A stretch of DNA of 64,000 bases from the human T2T-CHM13v2.0 reference genome, Homo sapiens, in contig CP068257.2 in assembly GCA_009914755.4 (NCBI GenBank), positions 11,456,001-11,520,000 of the forward strand. The letters are read 5' to 3'. Below the pieces are notes generated by a model, which ran no database searches, was not told the DNA's origin, and was given only the letters and a program-made list of their open reading frames with translations. Shown here one piece after another: positions 1 to 13,400 of the stretch (within the stretch, counting starts at the first letter, position 1; every line of letters starts with the position of its first letter). Position numbers and translations under genes: made by a program.

Positions 1-607
1 AAATAAGTAACTTGAAGACATATCTGTACCACCATATTTGTTGCAGCATTATTCACAATTGCCAAGATATAAAAAACCTAAATGTTAGTGGATGCTGAAT
101 AAAGAAAAGCTGGTATAAATAAACAATAGAATATTATTTAGCCTGAAAAATAACTAAATCTTGCCATTTCAACAACATGGGTAAAACTGGAAGACATTAT
201 GCCAAGGGAAATAAGCCAGACATAGAAAGAGAAATACTGTTCATTCTCACTTATATGGGGAATCTAAGAAAGCTGAACTCACAGAAGCAGAGACTACAAT
301 GGAAGTTGTCAGGGACTAGATATGGGAGAAAATGAAAAGATATTGAAAAGACAAATTTTCTGTTATGAGTAAGTTTTTCAAATGTAATGTATAGCTTCAT
401 GATACAGTTAACACTAAATTTTTGTATGCTTAAAATTTGGTGTCAGCAGACCTTAGATGTTTTCATTACAAAAAAGGTACCTATGTGAGGAAAGGTGATA
501 AAAATGCTCAGAAACATAATTGTGCTAATCATTTTACAATATACACATGCAGTAAGTCATTACATTGTACACAATAAATATATATACAATTTTTATTTAT
601 AAAAAAA
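1..607 (+). mobile_element. Old L1 (LINE-1) 3'-end fragment cut by the window edge, ending in an A-rich tail
   Basis: Diverged but recognisable L1 ORF2 C-terminus/3'UTR motifs (tatttgttgcagcattattcacaattgccaagat; ctcacttatatggggaatctaag; gaaagctgaactcacagaagcagagac). Ends at tttatttataaaaaaa near 600. Confidence 0.55.
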
Positions 608-1425
608 TCCACAATACACACCTACATATATATACACACATATAAATTACAGTTCTGGTAAACTTTATCCTGAACAAGATAAAATTAAAAAATAGTAATT
701 TAAAAAACAAGGAAAGAAGTGGGAGCTTAACATATGCTCAGTAATGTTCTAAGTTCCCTGACATAGTGAATTGTAGAAATGTAGGAAATATCTACGTTAT
801 ATTACAGTTGAGAAATTAAGACAGAATTGAAATTACCAACCTCAGTTAGTACTAAAAGAATAAAAATTTCAATTCAAATAACATTAGATATTCTTAAAGA
901 GATACTTAATATTCTGATTAAATTACCGAGTATGAATTTCTGTAGAAACACATTTGAAACCTCCATAAAATAAGAAACTATAAAGCAGAAAACATACAAC
1001 ATATGTGGGTTGTATTTCTGGGATTTCTGAACCAAATCTCAATATCACTACTTTTACATATTTCAGACACAATGCAGAAAGAGAACTTAAAAATGGGTAA
1101 ACACAGGGTTTCTAAAAAATATGCAGCTATTTGTATATCCCTAAAAGCAATAAAAGTAGTCAGATTGTGCACTGTTTTATAAGCCATAAAGAGAACTTTG
1201 GCTCTCACTGCAAATCTGAAGAAAAATTATTGAAGAAAATGTAGAGTCACTAGAGAGCATGGGACAGAGGATGCCCCTATGTGAGAACAAGTGAAAAAAC
1301 CCAGGCTTCTCAGAAAGGATTTCCACTGGAGCACAGCTTCCCAAATCACATGTAAAAGTCCGGGTTCCTCTCGGCCTTTGGATGCCTCATCTATGTCATC
1401 CTCTTCTTCATTCGCTTTCACCTAC

Positions 1426-1500
1426 CTGGGTGCTTCATACTCCATGGCTTTTTCCTTTGCTCCAGACAGGTGACCAGGTCTGGCTTAGAGAAGACAATAC
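1426..1500 (-). CDS. KRAB-B-containing exon (75 nt) of a ZNF91-family-like KRAB zinc-finger gene or pseudogene
   Basis: Minus strand reads aaacag|GTATTGTCTTCTCTAAGCCAGACCTGGTCACCTGTCTGGAGCAAAGGAAAAAGCCATGGAGTATGAAGCACCCAG|gtaggt. With the G carried from the upstream exon this encodes GIVFSKPDLVTCLEQRKKPWSMKHP (KRAB-B consensus [21 protein letters not shown]). AG acceptor and GT donor are present. The exon is 21 nt shorter than the 96-nt exon I recall for ZNF91-type genes; the deletion is in frame. Confidence 0.6.
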
Positions 1501-1923
1501 CTGTTTTATTTTAAAAAGCATCATGAGCATGACTTTTCCTGGGATTCTCCATTTACCAACCTAATACTGTGCTAAGTAGAGAAAAGAGGACATAATAGAA
1601 GATTCTAGAAAATTAATCCCAAAATACTTTTTACTGACAGAACCTTTAGCGTATTCAGAAAGTATATTAAATATGAGTGTCCTCTGTTTCACTCCCCAGT
1701 ATTACTGAATCAAAAATTGGTGGTGGCAATTGAATTTTAAGGTGTGGACAACATTATTTTATGTCACTAAGTTTCTGAAATTACCACTTATCTAGAGTGA
1801 ATAACATAGATAAACTCAGGAAAGGGGAAAATTCAGGTCAAAATGAAACAACCTGAAGAATTCATTTTCCACACCAAAAAATCCGCAAGATTGTCTTAAA
1901 AACAGGGATCTGAAATTTACTCA

Positions 1924-2421
<498 letters not shown>

Positions 2422-3339
2422 TTAATCATACAGTATAAGTTCTGCATATTTCTCAGATTAAAAAGTCAGGCTTAGTTATAAAGTACCTCTCAAATTTTAA
2501 TGTGTACAACAATAAACTGGAGATCTTTTTATGCAGATTTTGTTTCAAGAAACCTGAGGTAAAACCTGAGTTTCTGAATTTCTAACAAGCTCACAAGTGA
2601 CACCAATCTTTCTGGCCCAAGATAAATATTTTGTCAAACATTCATTAAGTGACAGAGCCTGGGTTTTTATGACCAGTAAACAAAGATGAGAGACTTCACT
2701 TTTTAAAGAAAGACATATGCAAAGACAATCTAAGAAGAAAAGAGAACTTCCAGATTACATGGGATGCTTTATTCACATCAGCTGGTAAATGTCCCCAAGG
2801 TACTCAATAATAAAGAGAAAAATAACTCTACAGTGGAAAAAAATTCTCAGAGAACTATTTAACTCAACGAATCAAATTAACACCAATTATAACAGAACAA
2901 ATTTTCATCATGCGCTGATGCTCACAGAACGACACAATATCACTGCTGTGATACTGGCCCCCGCCAAAGAAGTAAATTATAATTCAAATCTAATCATAAA
3001 GAAACAAGTTTTATGCAAAATGCAAACTACAGTAATCGCTCATGTTGTGTAATCTCTATTAAAGTATTTACGCAGACTTTCTTCAGCATTCTAGAAAGCG
3101 AGTATCTTCTAATTATTTTTTTCAAAACTTTCTGAATTATTCTGGGTAACAAATACCATCCTGTTCAAATGTGCATATTTTAATCCTGTTCCACATGGAG
3201 TTGATGGAGCACACAGACAGAACTTCAACATTACATATTCCCCTTTTTCATGAATATCTAAGAACCCCACCTCTTCCCCAGTAGGAATCTTGGGTATCCA
3301 TACCTTTCCATGTGCACCAGCACCAGCAACAAAGGGTAT

Positions 3340-3653
3340 TTTTCTTTTTTTTTTTTTCTTTGGAGATGGAGTCTCCCTCTGTTGCCCAGGCTGGAGTGCA
3401 GTGGCACGATGTAGGCTCACTGCAACCTCCAGAACCTCCACCTCCTGGGTTCAAGTGATTCTCTTGCCTCAGCCTCCCAAGTAGCTGGGATTACAGGCAC
3501 CCGCCACCATGCCCAGCTATTTTTTGTATTTTTAGTAGTGACAGGGTTTCACCATGTTGGCCAGGCTGGTCTTGAACTCCTGACCTCAGGTCATCCACCC
3601 ACATCGGCCTCTCAAAGTGCTGGGATAATAGGCATGAGCCACCGCGCCCAGCC
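3340..3653 (-). mobile_element. Alu element (full length, reverse orientation)
   Basis: Poly-T at 3340-3360, then gagatggagtctccctctgttgcccaggctggagtgcagtgg ... gcatgagccaccgcgcccagcc. Confidence 0.9.
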
Positions 3654-5062
3654 AAAGGGAATATTTTTAATATTACGAGTCATAATTAATGATGAGAATT
3701 CCGCATGGCAGAGAAGAAGCCAAGATGAAGAGAATGTCGAGAAGACTCTAGTATATAGAAAATAATATATTTCAGAGTTGCTTGACTATCATGAGAAGAA
3801 AAAATGTTTAAACAAACTTATAGGGAGAAACAGCATAAAGTCAAGAAGTACAGGTTTGTAAGTTCTAAACATATGGCATTCCAGGAGGCAGAGTGAACAC
3901 TGCTCCTAATCTGAGACACAGTCACCTGAGAAAAAGCCATTTTTCTCTTCATCATCCTTCTCTAGCATTTCTTCTCAGGTGATATTCTCTGGACAAGTCA
4001 CACCTGCATCTTTGGAATATGCCTTTAAAGGAATCAGCACAATCTCTTCACCTGCTACCACCACAAACACAGGTAGAAAGATCCAGGCATGCAGAACATG
4101 TCCACCCATTTATGTTCTTTATAACAGGTGAGATTCAAGGACAGTGAGCTGCTCCACAAAGATCAAAATTTATCTTTCTCTTTTCCTGCCACAGACGCCA
4201 CAATTTCTGCTACAGCAATGGGGATATGGGCCACATTAACTTGTACCTACCAAATCCAACCATAGTAGACCCTGTGACCTCCCTTTGGAATAAAGTTTGA
4301 ACTCAACTCTCATGAATGTATTTTGAATTCCTCGTGTTTGACCCTGGCCTCAACCTGGAGTCACATGAGGCACTTAATTATATCAACAAGGATGCTTCCA
4401 CCCAGAACAATATACAGAGCCTGCGGGAAGGGCACAAGTGAAAAGATTTCTGCAACCTGGCCATGGAATCTTAATTAGAAGCCTGGGCCAAGAACCACTT
4501 AGCTAAGCATTGCCTCTCAAACTTCAATGTGCATATAAATCATTTGGTAACCCTGGCCCCACACTATGTAATGTGATTCTGCAGGTTTTAAAAGCATCCA
4601 TGAAAGTGCATTTTAAACACATCTCCTGTCAATGCTGATGTAGCTTCCACAGACCCATCATTAGTAGCATTTAGCTAGAAAAAGCAGGCATAGAACAGAC
4701 TCTCACACTCATCATTCATCACAACACAAATACTTCTGATCAAATAAACAATCAATCTCTATCCTGAAAAAACACATTCTTTGCTAGCTCTTTAAAGTTT
4801 ACAGAGACAGGAGAAGGCAACAATGTCTGAGTAAGTCTGCACTGAAAAACAACATGTACACATATACTTATGCAATGCTTATTAAGCAGGTACTATGTGC
4901 TCAGGAGTGTGTTACAGAGCACTGTGCTGGGAACATCACATTATGTGATTTAATCTTCAAAACAACTTGAGAGTTGGGTACTAAGTGTTCAATAATACTC
5001 AGAATTTAGATGAAGGGACCAGCATTGTTTTCTTCCCTGTTTATCTCTTAATGATTATTTTC

Positions 5063-5350
5063 GGGGGGGGACAGAGTTTCACTCATGTTGCCCAGGCTGG
5101 AAGTGCAATGGCACGATCTCAGCTCACCACAACCTCCGCTTCCTGGGTTCAAACCATTCTCCTGCCTCAGCCTCCCGAGTAGTTGGGATTACAGGCATGC
5201 ACCACGACACTGAGCTAAGTTTGTATTTTTAGTAGAGATGGGGTTTCTCCATATTGGTCAGGCTGGTCTTGAACTCCCGATCTCAAGTGATCCACGCACC
5301 TCGACCTCCCAAATTGCTAGTATTACAGGCATGAGCCACAGAGCCCGGCC
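5063..5350 (-). mobile_element. Alu element (reverse orientation) with an atypical G-run where the poly-T should be
   Basis: ttttcggggggggacagagtttcactcatgttgcccaggctggaagtgcaatggcacgatctcagctcac ... ggcatgagccacagagcccggcc. Confidence 0.85.
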
Positions 5351-8300
5351 TCTCACTGATTTTTTTAAAAAAATGTATGGCATAAGAGATAAATATAGAC
5401 AGATGGGAGGGATACAGAAAGGAAAGGGTTAAGTGTAGTTTAGAGGGATTTTTTAGTGTGTTTCTATTTACTTTCTTGTGACTTGTGGAGTAACTACTGG
5501 GATGGAATGTCTCTACAAGCACTGGTTTTAATTAGAAAGAAAGAAGTTAAGACCTCAAAATATATAGTTTATTGCTCTAATTTATCTGCTTTTGGGTTTC
5601 AGAATATTGTGAGCATAAGCTCTGGAGAGGCAGCAGGAGCCACCTCCCAAATCTCTGGTCTCCTCTAATGAGTTCTGTGAGGAGAGACTCCAGGGTGGGA
5701 CCAGACCTGAATGAGTCTCAGAAAATGGTGAATCTGGACAGAGCTGGGGTGGAGAAACTGTCCTATGTTGAATTATGATCTCTATACTGCTGGAGTACTT
5801 CTTGTTCTGTCTTTCCTAAGCCTGTCCAAGAGAAACTTAAGAGTTTGTATAATTTTAATCCATTTAGCCACTACTCTATTTTATAACGTATAATAATAAG
5901 CAATTTAACCAAAATTTTTAGGGCTTTCTAGGATAATTTTATTAGAAAATATGTATTCTTAGCAAGGTAAAAGCAATAGAAATACAAATAACTCTCCTGT
6001 TTGAGAATAGCTCTTCTGGTGGTGACATCAGAAGTCACAACAACATCAGAGCCATTGCCCAAGTCCCCTTAACACTCCCACTTTATTGTATTGACTATAT
6101 GATGCTTAATTAAACTATTTATCCAGTTGTTCTAGACTGAGAGTTTTTGAATGACAGGGACCATGACTGCTTCATCTATTTTTCTAAAGGCCATATGAAA
6201 TGGAGGCAATTTGTTTATCAGTCTGAGTCTCCAGAACTCCTGAATTTTTTGCCAAGGAAACTGGAGAAACTCTCGTCCAGGTACCAACCAAGGAGATTAT
6301 TTCTACAAAAGAAGGAACAGACACTGAATGACTCATTTCCCTTCCTCTCACATGGAAGCAGAATTAGACACTCCTGCCAGCCTGACCCAAGTCTGTACAG
6401 GACATCCTGAAATGTCTTAAAGATTCCCGGGTGATTGTGAGAGGATTCCTAGTGACCATGGACTGATGACCGTATGTTGATCCAGGTAGGAAAGACTCAA
6501 GCTGATTATAAATAGAAAATGGAACTGCCCTGGTACAGCTCCAGAACCTGGATCTATGTGTGATATCACCTGTTCTGATTAGCTAGGTCTTAGGTAAGAG
6601 AAAGGACAAGAATACTCTACTCCAGTATCACATTTTACAAATAGGTAAACTTATGTCATTGCTCTGGGTATTTTGTGGCTTTGATCTCTCCCTGCTGACA
6701 TGCATGTTTACACTTACAGATTGTGCAACCAGATTCTATTTACACCAGCAGCCTCTCACATAAACATAGCAGGTCACTGGAAAAGATCTGGAAAGCTCAA
6801 AGGGATACACTCTGAAAGGAGGGCTTTAAGATTTCTATGCTGACATCTCACAGATCAGAAAATGTCTCCTATGGGTTTTCTGTACATTCTCAATCCAAAA
6901 TCTGGCTCTCTCCTGTGATTCCCAGGGAGAGCTCAGCTCTTATGTACAGATTACAGGTAAGATCAACCTGACTCTTCATTCTTTGGTGTTACAGCAAGGA
7001 GAGTAAAAAAAAAAAAAAGTTTCCATCATAAAGTCTGCTCTAGGACATGATATGTCAGCCTAAAAAGAAAAGGTTAAGGCAACACTCATTTAAGTAGAGA
7101 ATTTATTTGGGCCAAGCCTGAGGATTGAAATCTGGGAGCATAGATTCAAGTTACCTTGAATGTACACTTTACTTAGCAGCAGTTACAAGTGGATTTACAA
7201 AGGCAAAAGAGAGGGACAGGGAGTGGACTGAAACAAAGTTGTTTGTCAGAAATTCTTCTCGATCTACAAAAATACATTGATGACTAATTGGCTATATATT
7301 TTTAAGCTGTGAGGTATTGCTTATAACATCTAGTGTGGCATTATTAGGTTAATTTATATCTACTTGTAGGGATAGCAAACAGTTTCAAGAGGCAAACATG
7401 TAGCTCAAAGGAGGCAGTAGAACATAATTATGTTCTCATTTTTATGTCTCTCCGAGCCTGATAAAACCAAAAGGACTTGCAATCCTCAGATCAAAGTTAT
7501 TCTTTTTCCTCTAATCTCAAGACCGAGATTCAGAATTTGGTATTGTAGATTTAGGTCCTGGATGGATGGAGAAATGGCAGGTGTTAACTGCACATTTATG
7601 GGAATTTGGGGAGGAGGAGAAAGAGGAACTTTGAGATACTCACATTTACTCAATGCACACATGTCACCCTAATTGTTCTTCTGGGCCTAATAGTCTCCAA
7701 CTCAGTTTCAGGTCTGAAGACACTATGGTCACTGAAAGAGGTGAAATGGCTGATTACTGTCCTGTGAATTTTGTCAACCACTTGTAGAAAGGCTTAACCT
7801 CTCTACGAGTGGTTGTAGAGGACTATAGATGTGAAACAGGCAGAGACACAAGTCTGCCTGCATACTCTGGGGGCAGTGTGCACTTTGAAGCACAACTGAC
7901 TGAGTTGACTGGAAGCCTGAGGGGGAAAGCCTTCTCTAAAATGAAGCTTGGGGGGCAATTTATACATATATACAATGTCTGGTAATTGTGAACAGGGTTT
8001 GAGAAATATAATTAAAAGGAAAATTATCTCCAGTCCTAGAAAAACCCCACAATAACAGACCAGAAAGAAAAGTGTTTTATTGCACAACAAAACCAGAATG
8101 TGATGTGACAAGAATCACAGACAATCTGCTCAAGAGATTGCAAAGACAGAAAGGTCTCTATAATTAGTCCTCAAGTAGAAGACTTGACAGCACCATTTGT
8201 CATACACAGTTTATCCTGAATTCACCTGGTAATTGGGGAGGCCATCTGTGTATGTTAATTGGTTATATTGAAAGGAAAAATAAACTTCTGACATCTTCAT

Positions 8301-9330
8301 GATACGAGATAGTTTTGCAACTTACAGCCAGGTGCCTGCTGAATGTAGGCTCTGGTTCTTTTACAGACACTGTGAAATAGGATACTATTCTTTTGGCTAT
8401 TTACATTTCAAAGCAAAGGGTCCCTACTCCCTAGGCCACGGGCTGCAGTAATCCTGCTTGCCCTGTCCTGGTGGCCTGTGTCCCATCTCTTCCCCTACCA
8501 TCTACCACTGAGGCACAGCTCACAGCACACAGCTGGCAGCCCACATTCCACATGGACTCCAACCACCACAGCTGCACTCCAGAGTCACATTATGGAGCAG
8601 GGTCCCTGAACTGCAGGAGGAGAACCTGCAGGACTCCTGGGTAGCATTGCACTTTTGCAATAATGGAAATGGGAGCAATGTTTCAGCTACGTTTCTATTT
8701 ATAATGGTGACAAAAAAATACTGCTGGATTCCCAGCATGGGTCTGGATAGAGTGCCAAAGAGTTCTCATTGTGACAGCCCAACTCACTCAGAAACACCAT
8801 GAGACACTTTTGGGTGTCCCTTCTGAAGACAGACACCGAAAGCATTGAAGAGAAAAACAGCTCTCAGTCTGAATAAAATTGTATTAAGAGGTTAAAGGTA
8901 TCTGAAAGAAAAATTCAGATTACATATAATATTAGCCAAGTCGACCAGAAAATACTCCCCTGAGACAGTTTCTCTCTAAACACCCAAAATGCACAGCTGC
9001 TCTCAACACAAGAAACACAGTGTTATGAAGAAAGGGGGCATATTCTCAGCAGAATTTCTTAAGATTTTTCTTCCATCTCTGCTGCTCTCTCATCTGCTGG
9101 CCATTGGATTGAGGATCTACACTGGAACACATCAGGCAACCTTCGCCAGCACTTTTTGATAAAGAATTGGAATTTGACTCTGTTTACATAGTAGAACTAT
9201 ATCTGAGATTGCAACATATCTAACTGAAGACTATTATGATTCATGATTTTTGGGTAGTCACATCACTTGCATTGATTTGTTCTGTAAGAGTGGCATTCCA
9301 AATATAGTAAAACATAAGAATAGACTGTGA

Positions 9331-9657
<327 letters not shown>

Positions 9658-9662
9658 CTATC

Positions 9663-9970
<308 letters not shown>

Positions 9971-10309
9971 ACCTATTATTATATCTATGGGATGAATTAA
10001 TAAGCATGTCAGATTAATATCTACTGTAACAATTAGATAGTAAATTTTCTTTGGATATTAGATATAAATATCTAAGTATAAATAATCTTAATATACTAGT
10101 AATGGCATACATTTTTAAAATTATCTGTAACCTTAACTCAGTTGTAATTATATTTCAAAAGAATAAATACTGATATTAAAATTACTATTTAAGGGATTTA
10201 TTCATAGTAAATAGTGTGGCCTTATATTCACATGATTGTAGAAAATACTGTTTAATTTACATGGATGAATGTTGTCTACTGAAGACTACATAAAACTATG
10301 TTAATTCTT

Positions 10310-10495
10310 TTTTAAATTTTTTTATTTAATTTTTTAAATTTATTATTACACTTTAAGTTTTAGGGTACATGTGCAAAATGTGCAGGTTTGTTACATATGT
10401 ATACATGTGCCATGTTGGTGTGCTGCACCCATTAACTCATCATTTAGCATTTGGTATATCTCCTAATGCTATCCCTCACCCATCCCCCCACACTG
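10310..10495 (-). mobile_element. L1 3'UTR/3'-end fragment, reverse orientation, 5'-truncated exactly at the satellite boundary
   Basis: Reverse complement of the L1PA 3' end: cactttaagttttagggtacatgtgcaaaatgtgcaggtttgttacatatgtatacatgtgccatgttggtgtgctgcacccattaactcatcatttagcatttggtatatctcctaatgctatccctcacccatcccccc. The A-tail appears as a T/A-rich run at about 10310-10345. Confidence 0.85.
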
Positions 10496-10496
10496 A

Positions 10497-13400
10497 CCTC
10501 ACATAGGATTCCAGAACACTGCTGGGTTCTGAGTGTTTGTCCCTCACATAGGATTCCAGAACTGTTCTGTAATCCTTTGTAAGGGATAAACATTCAGACC
10601 CTCGTAGCAGTGTTCCGGAATCCTATGTGAGGGACAAAAACTCAGAACCCAGCAGCAGTGTTCTGGAATTCTGTGTGAGCGACAAACATTCAGAACTTCG
10701 TAGCAGTGTTCTGGAATTCTATGTGAGGGACAAACACTCAAAACCCAGCAGCAGTGTTCTGGAATCCAATGTGAGGTACAAACACTCAGAACCCAGCAGC
10801 AGTGTTCTGGAATCCTATGTGAGGGAAAAACAGTCTGAACTCAGCAGCAGGTTTCCGGAATCCCATGAGAGGGACAAATACTCAAAACCCAGCAGCAGTG
10901 TTCTGGGATCCTATGTGAGGGACAAACACTCAGAAGCAGTGTTCTGGAACCTTATGTGAGGGACAAACACTCAGAACCCAGCAGCAGTGTTCTGGAATCC
11001 TATGTGATGGACAAACACCCAGAACCCATCCACTGTCTTCTGGAATCCTATCTGAGGGACAAACATTCAGACACTCGTAGAAGTGTTCTGGAATCCTATG
11101 TGAGGAACAAACACTCAGCAACCAGGAGCAGTGCTCTGAAATCCTTTGTAAGGGACAAACAAACAGAATCCAGTAGCAGGGTTCCAGAATCCTTTCTGAG
11201 GGAAAAACATTCAGACCCTCTTAGCAGTGTTCTGGAATCCTATGTGTGGGACATTCAGACCCTCATAGCAGTGTTCTGGAAACCAATGTGAGTGCCAAAC
11301 ACTCAGAACCCAGCAGCAGTGTTCTGGAATACTTGGTAAGGAACAAACATTCAGACAATCGTAGCATTGTTCTGGAATCCTAAGTGAGGGACAAACACTC
11401 AGAAATGAGCTACAGTGTTCTAGAATTCTATGTAAGGAACAAACCCTCAGTACCGAGCGGCAGTGTTCTGGAATCCTATGTGAGGGACAAACACTCAGAA
11501 CAAAGCAGCAGTGTTCTGGAATCCTCTGTGAAAGACAAACACTCAGATCCCAGCAGCAGTGTTCTGATACCCTATGTGAGGGACAAACACTCAGAACCCA
11601 GCCACTGTGCTCTGAAATCCTATCTGAAGGACAAACATTCGGAGCCTCGTAGAATTGTTCTGGAATCCTATGTGAGGGACAAACACTCAGAAACTTATAG
11701 CAGTGTTCTGGGATCCTTTGTGATGGACAAACAAACAGAGCCCAGCAGCAGTGTTCTGGAATCCTATTTGACAGACAAACACTCAGAACTCAGAAGCAGT
11801 GTTCTGGAATCCTTTGTGAGGGACAAACATTCAGAACCTAGTAGCAGTGTTCTGGAATTGTATGTGAGGGACAAACACTCAGAACCCAGCAGCAGTGTTC
11901 TGGAATCCTATGTGAGTGACAAACACTAAGAAACCAGCAGCAGTGTTCTAGACTCCTTTGTGAGGGACAAACATTCAGACCATCGAAGCAGTGTTCTGGA
12001 ATCCTGTGTGAGGGACAAACACTCAGATCCAGCAGCAGTGTTCTAAAATCCTTTGTGATGGACAAAAATTCAGACCGTCGTAGCCGTTTTCTGGAATCCA
12101 AAGTGAGGGACAAACACTCAGAACCCAGCAGCAGTGTTCTGGAATCCTATGTGAGGGACAAACATTCAGAACCCAGCAGCAGTGTTCTGGAATACTCTGT
12201 GAGGGAAAAACATTCAGACCCTCGTAGCAATGTTCTGGAATCCTATATGAGGGGCACACACTCAGAACCCCGCAACAGTGTTCTGGAGTCCTTTGTGAGG
12301 GAAAAACATTCAGACCCTCGAAGCAGTGTTCTGGAATCCTATGTGAGGGACAAACACTCAGAACCCAGCAGCAGTGTTCTGGAATCCTGTGTGAGTGTCA
12401 AACATTCAGAACCCAGCAGCATTGTTCTGGAATCCTATTTGAGCGACAAACATTCAGAACTTCGTACCTGTGTTCTGGAATGCTATGTGAGAGACAAACA
12501 CAGAACCGAGCAGCAGTGTTCTGGAATCCTATGTGAGGGAGAAACACTCGGAACCCAGCAGCAGTGTTCTGGAATCCTATGTGAGGGTCAAACACTAAGA
12601 ACCCAGCAGCAGTGTTCTGGAATCCTTTGTGAGGGACAAACATTCAGAACCTTGTAGTAGTGTTCTGGAATTTTATGTGAGGGAAAACACTCTGAACCCA
12701 ACAGGAGTGTTTTGGAATCCCATGTGAGGGACAAACACACAGATCCCCGCAGCAGTGCTCTGGAATACTTTGTGAGGGACAAACATTGAGACTCTCAAAG
12801 CAGTTTTCTGGAATCCATTGTGAGGGACAAACAGTCAGAACCCACCGCAGTGTTATGAATCCTTTGTGACGGACAAACATTCAGACCATCGTAGCAGTGT
12901 TCTGGTATCCTGAGTGAGGGACAAACACTCAGAAACCAGCAGCAGTGCTCTGGATTCCTTTGTGAGGGGTAAACAAACAGAACCCAGCAGGAGAGTTCTG
13001 GAATCCTATGTGAGGGACAAACACTCAGAACCCAGCAGCAGTTTTCTGGAATCCTTTGTGAGGGACAAGCATTCAGAAACTCGTAGAAGTGTTCTGGAAA
13101 CGTATGTGCGTGACAAACACTAAGAAACCAGCAGAAGTGCTCCCGAATCCTTTGACAGGGACAAACAAATAGAAACCAGCCACAGTGTTCTGGAAGCCTT
13201 TGTGGGGGAAAAACATTGAGACCCCCGTAGCAGTGTTCTGGAATCCTATATGAGGGACAAACACTCAGAACCCAGCAGCAGTGCTCTGGAATCCTTTGTG
13301 AGGGACAAACATTCAGACACTCAGCAGTGTTCTGGAATCCTATGTGAGGGGAAAACATTCAGATCGTCGTAGCATTGTTGTGGAATTCTATATATGGGAC

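Noticed and set aside
2789-3052. A possible 5' exon or promoter of the KRAB-ZNF gene upstream of the KRAB-A exon. Candidate regions were 2900-2960 and 6410-6480, which have a few CpGs.
   Set aside because: There is no CpG island, no ATG followed by a GT donor in the right phase, and no recognisable similarity. Exon 1 is probably further upstream or degraded. It is not called.
3109-3765. ORFs 3109-3441, 3248-3454, 3290-3484 and 3538-3765. Similar ORFs overlap other Alus (5238-5432, 9258-9458, 30429-30617, 42863-43060, 48943-49197, 54103-54369, 55412-55665, 58469-58663, 60853-61242).
   Set aside because: They lie entirely within Alu elements and translate Alu consensus sequence, for example …[12 protein letters not shown]… and …[10 protein letters not shown]…. 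These are known Alu-derived artefacts.
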